DNA from: Rhizaria sp. SCN 62-66
Lineage: Eukaryota
Length of the DNA: 46,825 nucleotides
Direction of reading: 5' to 3'
Assembly (NCBI GenBank): GCA_001724265.1
Contig: MEDY01000234.1
Coordinates: 1-46,825 of the forward strand
The translations under genes and the position numbers were made by a program. The notes beneath the pieces were generated by a model. It searched no databases and had not been told where the DNA came from. It saw nothing but the letters and a program-made list of their open reading frames with translations. This document shows positions 11,588 through 22,237 of the stretch, piece after piece; position 1 is the first letter of the stretch, and the number at the start of each line of letters is the position of its first letter.

Positions 11588-12397
11588 TTAGGCCTGCTTG
11601 GACGTGTTAGCAGCGGCCGCGGCTGCAGCGGCCTCCCCGCGCGCGCGCCAGTCCGCCGCGGCGGCCTCATCCACCGCGGTCCCTAGCCCCGTGGCGTAGC
11701 AGTTGGCCACGGCGAGCATGGCCTTGACGTTGCCCAGCCCGGCCGCGTGCAGATACCACTCGAGCGCGGCGTGATGGTTGACCGCCGTGACCCCCGTGGC
11801 GTCGGGCGCAAGGCCCAGTGAGAATAGCAGACCGAGGTTGCGAGCGGCGGACCCGTGGCCCTGCTCGGCGGCGCGGCGCCACCACTTGACGGCCTTGGCC
11901 CAAGACTGCGGCACGCCCGCGCCGGAGCAGTAGCACCAGCCGATGTTAAACTGAGCCGTTGTAAGCCCGGCCGCGGCGGCAATACGGAAGTACTTGTACG
12001 CCTCGGCCTCGTCGCGGGGAACGCCGAGCTCGCCTTTGTACAGCGCCACGCCCACGTTCTGCGACGCCACGGGGTTTCCCGCCATCGCTTCAACCTTCCA
12101 CGCCTGGATCTGCGCGCGCCAGTAGTCTTGGGAGCGCTCAGGTGCGCCGTTGCCGTCGTAGCCCCCCGCGGCCGACGACGATGACGATGACGACGATGAC
12201 GAGCCATTGGCTGCTGCGTGGGCCGCCGCGATGGGGATGCCCGCGCCCGCAGCAAGAACGGCGGAGGAGTAGTCCGTGGGGAACGTCTCGTCGATCTTGA
12301 TGTAGCGGCCGTCGTCGGGCGGGATACACACGCTTAGAGAGGGACGGTGACGCATGCGCACGTACTCGTTGGAGACCTTGGACTCACTAGTGGACAT
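11588..12397 (-). CDS. Sel1-like repeat (SLR/TPR) protein
   Basis: About four repeats of the type AQFNIGWCYCSGAGVPQSWAKAVKWWRRAAEQGH. Start taken at ATG 12397 (MSTSES), where GC-rich coding begins. Ends in TAA. Confidence 0.85.
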   Translation of the reverse strand: MSTSESKVSNEYVRMRHRPSLSVCIPPDDGRYIKIDETFPTDYSSAVLAAGAGIPIAAAHAAANGSSSSSSSSSSAAGGYDGNGAPERSQDYWRAQIQAWKVEAMAGNPVASQNVGVALYKGELGVPRDEAEAYKYFRIAAAAGLTTAQFNIGWCYCSGAGVPQSWAKAVKWWRRAAEQGHGSAARNLGLLFSLGLAPDATGVTAVNHHAALEWYLHAAGLGNVKAMLAVANCYATGLGTAVDEAAAADWRARGEAAAAAAAANTSKQA

Positions 12398-13306
12398 CGA
12401 CACTGGGGTGAGACAAACCAAGCATGCGTTGCAAAAAGTCAGTTTAGCAGCGTTGTAAACGGAGTATGTTGTGTTGCAGGTATAACGATGGAAGTGCAAA
12501 GAGTTTGGCGGAGGGGGGGCAAACAACGAGTTGTGAAGGTGAGTGAAATCGAGACAAACTGAGAGGTTGTTCAGACGAAGTCAAATAAAACTACTGCAAA
12601 TCAATTGCCTCTTTTGCGCACAACTTGAAATATACTGTTTTAGTGGTTTCAATCGAATATCGCACCCGATATCGTGCGTTTTGACAAAGTGCATTGGTGA
12701 AGTTTGTCGCTGTGGCGAAACTTGAAGACAGCTGAGAGTGGTTGTTGCTGAAAATCGGCATTGCCACAAACAAGCGTATTAAAGGAGGGTTAATTAGTGC
12801 CACTAATCTTTAGAAGGCAAACTAAAAAATACCTTGACGGTGTCTTCGTGGCGTACGACTTGCTCCTTAATGCCTGTTCAACTCGCGCTGCAACGAGAGT
12901 GAAGGCCAGTGCTGGCAGGTGACTGTGAGCGGCCGCCTGTTGCTACGTTACGCAGATGTCGTTAGAATTGCACTTGTGTGTACACTATATCATCTCAGGT
13001 TATGTCGCATTCGTTATTGAGGAGCAATAAATGTTCCTTTTTTCTCGCTCATTGCGCAAAGTGATCATATTCAAGTCACTTGCGTTGCGATGAAGATTCT
13101 CTTCAGTTGTTGTGAACATAAATGTATTAAAGCGAGTGTCCTCTCACTCTGTGAAAATAAAACATGTCGCCAAGGCGCCAAACTAATTTAAATACTGTCT
13201 TGCCATTAGTGACGATGAGATTGACAAAAACAAAGATAGAAAGAAAGAAAGATAGATAGAGCAGCAACACTTGCTCATCCTCTGACCAGATAAAGGAACG
13301 GGCGAT

Positions 13307-14326
13307 TTAGCCGATCATGTTCTTCTTGCGGCCGCGCGAGCGGACATCGTTGAGGCGCGTCATGACCTTGTTTCCGAGCACATTCTTGTTCTTGTACGTG
13401 TTGTAGACCATGTGTACCAGGTGTTCCGAGTGCGCGTGCGTGGTCTGCACGGCCCGCTCCATGACGTAGAAGTCCACCGCACGGTCCTCGACCATGTCCG
13501 AGTTGAACGAAAGCCCGAAGTCGATAAGGAACAGCTTCGTGGGAATGTGCACCTCGCCCTCCGCGGGCGCGGGCTCGGCGGCGGCGGCGGCGGCAAAGGG
13601 CGACCCTGCGGCCGGCGCGTGCCCGGGGGGTCGCGGGATGAGCATGTTACTGGTGGTGAGGTCACCGTGCATCACGCGCTGCGCGTGCGTGTCCGAAATC
13701 GCGGTACCCATCAGCACGGCAATGGCTTCGACCGCGGCACGCACGCGCGGCTCGCGTAGGTCGCCCAGTGACGAGATGAACTCGCGAACCGGGATCGCGT
13801 CCAGCTCCTGCAGATACAGCACAAGCTTGTCCTTGTCCGAGTGGATCAGGCGCGGGGTCGGCAGCCCGTAGCGCGCGCCGCGCTCCAGCGCGCGCACCTC
13901 GGCAGTAAACTGGCGGCGGCGCAGCTTCTGGTCAAGCTCGGGAAGCCTGGTATGGGATCGAAGGTGAAAAGTGTGAAGTTAGAGTAATATAACTCGTGGA
14001 AGGTAGCAGTGAGGAGTTGGAGGGAAGAAGAGCTGCGTGAAACATAGTGTGGACGTACCGGTAGGTCTTGCAAAAGCGCTCCTTGGCAAGGCAGGACTCA
14101 CCACGAAAAACGGTGCGGTAAACGCGCTACAGAGGGGAAAGTAGAGATAGTGAGCGAGAGTAATGTGTGAGGAAGCAAAGACGGAGTAAGCGAAGTGCGC
14201 GAGCGAAGAGAAACAAGGACGTACGGCCTCAGCACCTTGGTGGAGGAGAGTGCAGTTCTCGCCGAGAGCCTTTGAGGCGAACGAGACGGGCTCGGTGGCC
14301 GCGGCGGCCGCGGTGTCGGACGACAT
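13307..14326 (-). CDS. BUD32: BUD32/TP53RK (PRPK) atypical kinase, KEOPS complex; exons 14326-14225, 14126-14059, 13946-13307
   Basis: Spliced sequence has LHQGAEA|RVY...AKERFCKTYR|LPELDQKL, HGDLTTSNM, LIDFGLS, EDRAVDFYVMERA and the C-terminal VRSRGRKKNMIG, all diagnostic of Bud32. Two GTACGT-AG introns. Ends in TAA. Confidence 0.95.
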
Positions 14327-14861
14327 GCTCAGCAATGACCGATCCTCAGTCTGAATCGAGAGCTGCGCCAAGCGGGCTGTATCGAGGGAAATAAAGTCTA
14401 TGCAAGGAAAGAAACAAACAACACAAATAGAATAGTGAGTGTAATATCGTTGAAAAGAGTGAGTGAATGTAACAACGGACCCTGGATCGCGATATCGCTT
14501 GCTTTAGTAGGCCGCTGATCGAGGCCCCAGTTGCGCACGACGGCTCGCGGACCGGCCGACCCTCTCTCATCATCAGTGACTGATCCAGACCTTCAAATCA
14601 GAATTGTGCCATAAATCAACGTCATATTGCTTTAGGTATTGAATTTTGTCGCTGTTATCATTGCTGTCTATCTTCCATATTTGCTGTATCTCTGAGCAGT
14701 AACATTTACCCCTTTAAATATTTTAAAGTTTGGACTAGGCTCACCACGCTTGCGCTTTTGCCGTCCTCTGCATAGACTTCTCTTCAAGCTATCTGCACAA
14801 CGTAGAACTCGTTTTATTTGATTGTAGATTGGAGACACTGAAGTGATTTATCGACACGAAC
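14327..14861. promoter_or_regulatory. Divergent intergenic region between BUD32 (-) and the MFS transporter (+)
   Basis: Head-to-head genes about 535 bp apart. Contains GATCGCGATATCGC at 14485-14498. Confidence 0.45.
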
Positions 14862-15307
14862 ATGTCGCAACTTCCGCCGTTGCCTGGTGGGGCCAGCAGC
14901 GCGGATCGCAATAAGACCCCATCCAACAAAAATCCATCCACGCCTTCGCAAGCCTCTGCGTCGGCTGCTGGGTCCGGCGGCTTTACCCCCATGCTCTCCC
15001 CCGTGGTGTCTGAGACGATGACTAACCGCTCCCCGATGCTGTCGCGCCGCCGGTCTCGCAGCGGCAGCCGCAGCCGCACGGCATCGATCATCGGCGTCGC
15101 ACTGCCTCTGACCCCTGCGCAGGCGCTGGGCATCACGCAGGCCCCCACGGTGCCCATCATCGTCCCCGCGCTGACCAGCCCCACGACTGAAGAGGCATCG
15201 CCCGCCACCGCGGCCGTCGCCGCGCGCCCTAGATCCAGCCGTCTCAGCCGGCCCTCCCCGTCCCGCTCCGGCTCCTACCAACAGCAGCAGTATCACTACG
15301 AGCAGCA

Positions 15308-15338
<31 letters not shown>

Positions 15339-17550
15339 TCTAAGAAGCAGTCGTCTTCGCCGCTGCTCGCGGCCGCGTTCGCCGCGTCTGCCGCCGCGGG
15401 CGCCGCCTGGAGCGCGGCCAGCGGTGCCGCCTCCCGAGCCCGCTCCGCCATCTTCGGCCGCCCCACTGACTCTACCACAGGCGCTTTCGCTGGCGCTGCT
15501 GCGGTGGCCGGTGATTACGACGCGCTGCCGCTCGCCACCGCGGCGACGCACGACGCCGATGATGATGGTGAGGGCGCGCTGCTGCTCTCCGGCCGCAACG
15601 CCGCGACCCACGCCTCCGCGAGCAAAACCGCCCCGCTCAGCAGTAGCAAGGGCAAAGGCGGGTTTCTACTGCCGGCCGCGCCCACGGTCACCGTCGCCGC
15701 CTCCGTCCACGGTCACCCGCACGGCGGCCACGTCTCCCACAGCAGCGGCGGCCACGGCGGCCACGGTGAGGAGCCCACGGGTCAGTACGCTCTGTCGCCG
15801 ATGCGGTGGTGGATCCTGTCCCTCTTCTCCGTCGCCGCATTCCTCAACAACGTCATCTGCTTCTCCTACGCGCCCATCTCGCGCCAGGCGGAGCGCTACT
15901 TCCATTCAGCGCAGCCCATGGACTGGTTGGTGAACATCTACTTTATCACCTACATCCTCACGGCTCTGCACGCGGCGAAGCTTCTCACGCGCTTCGGTCT
16001 GCGCTACTGCTTCCTGCTCGGCTGCCACGCGCAGGCCGTGGGCGCCGTGATCCGCCTGCTTGGCCCCATGCTCGCCACGGCGCTGGGCGCGCGGTACACG
16101 TCCTTCACGTGGGTCCTCGTTGGCCAGTTCATCTCGTCGCTCGGGCAGGGGTTCTTCGTCAACACTCCGCCGCTGCTGTCCGCCACCTGGTTCGGCAAGC
16201 ACGAGCGCACCTTTGCCACCACGGTCGCGTGCAACTTCAACACGCTGGGCGTCGCGGGCGCGTACGCCGTCGCCACGCTCGTCGTCGGGAACTCGTCGGC
16301 GCGCGTTCCGTACGCCGCGGGCATCCCCGCCGTGCTCGCCGTGCTTTGCTCTGTGCTGGCCGAGGTTTCCTTCGCCGACGCCCCCGCGACGCCACCCAGC
16401 GCCCACGCCGCGCAGTCGGCCAAGAAGCGCAAGCGCGCGCGCGGGAGCGGCGGCGCGGGCGGGCCCGACAGCGTCAAGCACGGCCGCAACCGCGCCTCCA
16501 TCGGCAGCATTACCGCCCACGCATCCGCTGCTGACGGTACCGATAACGCTCACTGCGACAACAACAGCAACACGGCCACCGCCGCGGACGGCTACACGCT
16601 GCCCGCGCTCGGTTTCCAGGCTGATGCCGACGACGCCGCCGCCGTCGCCTTGCCACCTCGGTCCAAGCCCGGCTCCGTGACTGCGGCCGCCGCCGGTGCT
16701 GAGGTGGAGCGCAAGCAGACCGACGAGGACGCCTATGCTGACGCCGACCGCCACAGCCAAGGCCACAGTCAGGGCCACGACGAGACCGACGCCGTGCTGC
16801 CGCTGCTGCCGCGGAGCGTGGCCGAGAGCGCGGCGGCGGGAGGGAGCAGTTACGCGGCGCGGCGCGCGTCGTCGATGCCCGTCGTATCCGACGCACTCTT
16901 AGAAGGATTACTCCCCGCGCAGGCACGCTACCGCGGCGCACAGCAGCAACAGCAGCAGCAGCAGTTGCAGTCGCAGTCGCCTGGCCTCTGCAAGGGCCAG
17001 GGTGGACTGGGGAGTCCGATATCGCCGGCGACGCGGCGCGCGCGGTTCGCCGAGGACGAGGCGCGTGCCGCATTCCCCTACGGCGACCAGGATGAAGATG
17101 AGGACGAGGACGAGGACGAGGACGGGTCTTCGTCGTCGTCGACCGACTCGTCAACAACGTCCTCCGGCGAAGGCAGCAGCGACAGCGACGAGGACGATGA
17201 CGAGGACGAAGACCAAGACCTCGACAGCGGCAGTCGCGGCTCCGGCGGCACTGGCAGCAGTGACGGCAAGAAGAGCGCCCGCGGCAGCAACGGCCGCCGC
17301 AGCGCGTTCGCTCCCGCTGGCGCTAAGGTGCCCGCGACTGTGGTCGCCTCGCAGGCCGCGCGCGCCGCCGCTCTCGCCTCGTCCCTGTCAACAGCAATGG
17401 CGGCAACGGGTGCAGCTGTCTCGCCCACCGCCACCGCCGCTGCCGCTGCCGCTGCCGCTGCGGCTGCGGACGGTAACGGCGGTGTGGCAGTTGTGCCGTT
17501 GGCCGCGCCGCCGATCCGCCTGGCCATGCCACCCGCGCCCCAGCTCTCGA

Positions 17551-17590
<40 letters not shown>

Positions 17591-20500
17591 TGAGGGTGAT
17601 GAGGACGAGGGCCCCGACGCGCGCGCCCAGCGCCACGCGCTGCGCCGCGAGCTCAAGAAGCAGCTCAAGTCGCGCCTTAAGGGCCGCTACCGCACTAAGT
17701 ACTCGTCTAAGTACCAGAGCAAGATCCGCCCCGGCCCCGGCACGCCCGGGCTCGGCGCCATGGGCACCCCGCGCCTCACATCCTCCAGTGTCGGCGCGAA
17801 CGGCGGTCCCGCGCTGCTGTCGCGCGGCCCGGGACTCGCGTTCGCGGGCAGCACCAGCGACGCAGCGGCGGCTGTGGCGTCGCCGGTGTTTGCGCGTGCG
17901 TCGAGCCGGTTCCTCGAGCTCGACCTCTCGGGCTCCGCCGCCGGGCTCTCCGCCGCCTACGGCGCGGCCAACGGGGCCGGCGGCAGTCCGTCTGCGCCGA
18001 CGGGTCCCTCGCATGCCGAGATCAAAGCCCGCCGCCGCCTGCGCCGCGCGATGCGCCGCGCGCAGCTCGAAAACGCCATCTTTTCCGCTCTGCTGCCGGA
18101 GTCGATGCGCGAGCACGGCTTGGCGCCCGCGCAGCTGCTGGCGGTGCGCACGACCACGAAGCGCGTCAAGGAGCGTGTGCTGCGCGAGTTCGACCGGCTC
18201 GGCGGCGCCATCCCGGCAGACCGTGCCGCTGCGGCCGCCGCGGCAGTCGCCACGCTTAAGGCCTCGCGCGCGTCGGCCGTCGCCGCCGCGTCGGTCACCT
18301 CGCGCGGCCGCGCCAGGGGCGCCAAGGGCGGTAAGGGCGCCGCCGTGAGGGACGGCGGCTTCGGCGGCGCGGTCGCCATCGACATCCTCGACAACGGCGA
18401 TGAGACCGACACAGACTCCGACGCCGACGCAGCCGCGGCCGCCGCGCGTAGCAGCAAGCGCAGGGGGGCCCGCTCCGGTCGCTCTGCCGCCTCCACCGCC
18501 GCCGCCGCCGCCGGTGCTCCCGTCCCTGCCGCCTCTGAGGTGTCTCCAAGCCCGACGAGCGGCGACGCTGCCTCCGGCCACGCGGCCTTCGGCGTCGTCG
18601 TCGCCGCGGCCTCGCAGGGCTCGACCGGTGCGGGCGGCGGTGGTGGTGGTGGTGGTGGTTCTACGCGCCAGTCGCGCCGTGGCGGCCGCTTCTCTCGCGC
18701 TGGCAGCCGCACCGCGTCGCCGGTGCGGCACGCCGCCCCCACGCGCGCGCGCCGCGGGCCGTCATCGCGCGCGCTGGCCGGCGCGGCGGGCGCGGCGGAC
18801 TCTGTGGCGCACTCGACGCACGTCCGCACGGCCTCGGTCGAGCGCGTCATGGGCGCAGGGTACCAGGCCGCCGCCACCAGCCTCGCCCTCGGCAGCGCCG
18901 GCGGCCTCAACGGCCACGGCTCGGTCGGCAGTCGCACCGCCACGCCCTCCGCCGCCGCCGCCGCCGCCGCCGCCGCCTCTGCGGGCGTGCTGGACAGCTC
19001 ACGGTCTGGCAGCAGCTCTGCGATGCGTCGGTCCGAGTCGATCGCAGCCGCCCGGGCCGCCAACGCCGCCGGCAGCGCCGCCGTGACCGACACTGCCGTT
19101 AGCGGCACGGGCAAACAGCGGCTGGCGAACGTCAAGGCCGCCGCGGGGTCCGCCGCGACGACCGCGGCCGTGCTGGAGCTCTTCTCGCGGCGCGACCCGG
19201 CGTCGGCGGCGGCCGCGAGCGTGGTCGCCAGCGCGGCCGACGTGGGTAACAACGCCAGCGCCGTGGGCATCGCCGCGGCAGAGGCGGCCACGGGTGCTCT
19301 CGTCCCCGGCGCCGACGCGGCCACCGCGGCGACGCTCGCGACCGGTGTAGATGAAGACCCCGACAACCTAAGTGTGATGGACCAGATCAAGATTTTCGCG
19401 AACCTGCTCTCGGTGCGCGGCTTCGTGCACACGCTGCTGACGTTCGGCGTGGCCGAGGCGACGATCAACGCCTTCTCGACCTTCATGGACTACGAGCTCA
19501 ACCACGTATTCCCAGCCTCAACCATCGGCTGGATTGGCTGCGCATTCATCATCTCCGGCCTGCTCTCGAGCGCGGCGTTCGGCTACCTCGTGGACCGCAC
19601 CAAGTGGTACAAGAAGCTCACGCTCATCATCTACGCCTGCGCCATCCTCTCGCTCGTGGCCTTCACTGTGCTGGCCGCGACTGTGCCGCCCGGCGAGCGG
19701 CTCGCGCCCCCGACCCCGCTCTCGGTCACCCCGGCCGGCGGCTACGCGGAGCTCTCCGCAAACGGCAACGCTGCGAACAACGGCACGACGATGGCCGTGG
19801 TGCTGCCGCCCGACGCGGCGAATAAGTTCCAGAAGAAGTTGTCCGTGGCGACGACCAAGGCGCACAAGGACGCCGCCAAGGCCGTTGCCTCGGGCACCGC
19901 GGTCGTGCTCTCACCCGCCGCCGCCGCCGCGCTCGCTAAGGGCGCCGCTGCGGTCGCCGCCAACAACGCCAATGCCAACGCTAGCGGCGAGCCTGCTGAC
20001 GCTGTGGACGCAGAGGCGGCGGAGGATGCAGCGATGGTGGCGCGTCTTGCGGCGCACGCGGCGGCGCAGGCGGCGGCGGAGCGCGAGATGACGCCGAAGC
20101 AGCTCGCGCGCGCCCGCGAGGCGGCCGAGCGCGCGCGCGAGCGTGTGCGCGAGAAGGAGCTGCTGGAGAACCCTCCGGGCAACGCGTGGCTCATCTACGT
20201 GTCGATCATCGCCGTGGGCGTGTTCCTGGGCCCGCTGCAGCCGATCGCGATCGAGGCCGCGGCCGAGTGCACCTACCCCATCTCGGAGGAGCTGTCGACG
20301 ACGATGCTGCAGCTGCTGGCCAACGTGGCGTCGGCCGTGCTGGTACCGGTGTGCACGACGCTGCGCAACCCCGAGACGGGGGACATGCACGCCGCCAACT
20401 GGCTCCTCATCATCATCGTGTGCATGGCCGGCGGACTCTTCTTCTTCTGGCCCGAGCGGCTGCTGCGCGCCGAGAGCGAGGCCGAGTCCATGCCCGTCAT

Positions 20501-20756
20501 CCTCGCCGCCGTGCAGGCACACTCGCTCGCTGCGATGCTCGACGCGCAGGCGCGCGAGGAGCGCCGCCGCCGCCGCCAGCTCCGCTCCGGCAAGGCCAAG
20601 TCGATCGGCAACATCGAGGAGCTGTACGGGCCCGGCGTGGCGTCTGACGCCGCGGATGCTGGCGGCGTGTCGCTACTCCAGATCAAGCAGATGCACACTG
20701 CGCTCAAGAAGAGCGCGCGCAAGAACGCGCGCCGCAGCGCCGCCGCGCACGAGTAA
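14862..20756 (+). CDS. MFS transporter of FLVCR/SLC49 (DIRC2-like) type with very large low-complexity loops; single exon
   Basis: YALSPMRWWILSLFSVAAFLNNVICFSYAPIS, VGQFISSLGQGF...PPLLSATWFGKHERTFATT, GYLVDRTKWYK and EAAAECTYPISEELST are FLVCR-family motifs. Two 6-TM halves. Ends in TAA. Confidence 0.9.
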
Positions 20757-22237
20757 ATGAAAACACTCGTTACGCAACGGACAGTCGCAAAATAGTGTCA
20801 AAGATGCAACGTGTATTATTTTAGTTTTTATCTCTCTGTGCTGTGTGTTTGTTGGCTTCTGTTGTCGTCTCCATTGGATGGTACGATGCAACGGTCACAC
20901 AATGAAACACAGCGTTATTTTAAGTCAGACGGCATGTTGCAGAATATCTAATTTTTTTTACCGTCACCCTGCAGAAGTTGAGATTTTGTCATTAACTACA
21001 CACATGAATACGTGAAGAAAGTGATATAAGTCTCGCAATTTTAGCAAATTTATCAGAATATGTATTTACTACTAAGTTTACACTTCGCTGCGGAAGTGTT
21101 TCAAATAATACAAGTACACGTAATAATAAAGCAAAATGTTTGCGTCGCTCGACATGCGCGCGTTGTGTAGTTATAATCATAAGTAAAGCGGAATAAGGTG
21201 ACTCATACAAATGAATATAAATAGGATAGCGATGGCAATATCAACACCCCAAACAACGTGTTCATAAAACATTGTTTGAGTTGATACACTGCGACGTTTA
21301 GAATAGCATGGATTGATTGCATCAGGATTAAATCACACATTACGCCCTGATCGACGATAGGTCTGTCAGTCGGTTGCTGCAAAATAAAAAGAACATAACC
21401 CTTCCTTGATCATTGAAAATCAAGACAGGGTACAATGATAAAAGGAAAAGAAACAGGGTACTTTCAACAACAACGGCAACAAAAAGAAAATCAAAACACA
21501 GGGTAATCATGACGGACAAGTCGTGCACAAAGCAGCAGTGCGTGCGAAGCAAGTCGGGATTGTAATGGGATGATATAAATGACAAGGTTGAGAAGCAATC
21601 AATGTAGCGAGGTCAACGTATGCATTTGGGGCTAAAAGATATAAAATACAAATGGTCTGCGGTTTAGGTAAGCATGAAAAAACAGACAGATAGAGTTCCT
21701 TCGGTCGTCGCGGTCACAGCACACAGCTTACACAAAAGCGCGACAGCCTGCAAATGAAAGCGAGCGAAGAAAGTGGATAGAATAGAGAACCGACAGCGAC
21801 TTTGGCGACAAGTATCGGGTATCGTTGCGACATTGATGCAGCTAAACGGACGTCGCGTGACTCGCAAACGTACACGCAAGTGCACGAGTGGGCAAGAAGT
21901 ACACACAGGGGGGGGGGTAGTAAAGTTAGAAACAGAAGAAAAAGAAAGCGCAATAACCGGCTTAGGACGGGCACATTGTGACACGAGTACAAAAACAAGT
22001 AAAGAGTGCAAATTGGGTGGACAAGGCCGAAGCGGGGGTTGTAGAAAAATAATAATGAGGGAGGCGCAAAAACCAACAGCACGGGAGCAACAACAGCAAA
22101 AAAGAGAAAACGCACAAATAGAAGAAAAGAAACAGACAATCATCATTAAACGTTTTATACAAAACTCTGAGTAGTCGAAATGATCACACTCGCCGTGGCC
22201 GAATGGCGCGGCGGGTTTAGTGCGCCGCGTTTAGCGT

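Noticed and set aside
21340-22174. Cys/Phe/Leu-rich ORFs on the minus strand
   Set aside because: They are translations of T-rich 3' UTR or intergenic sequence with non-coding composition.
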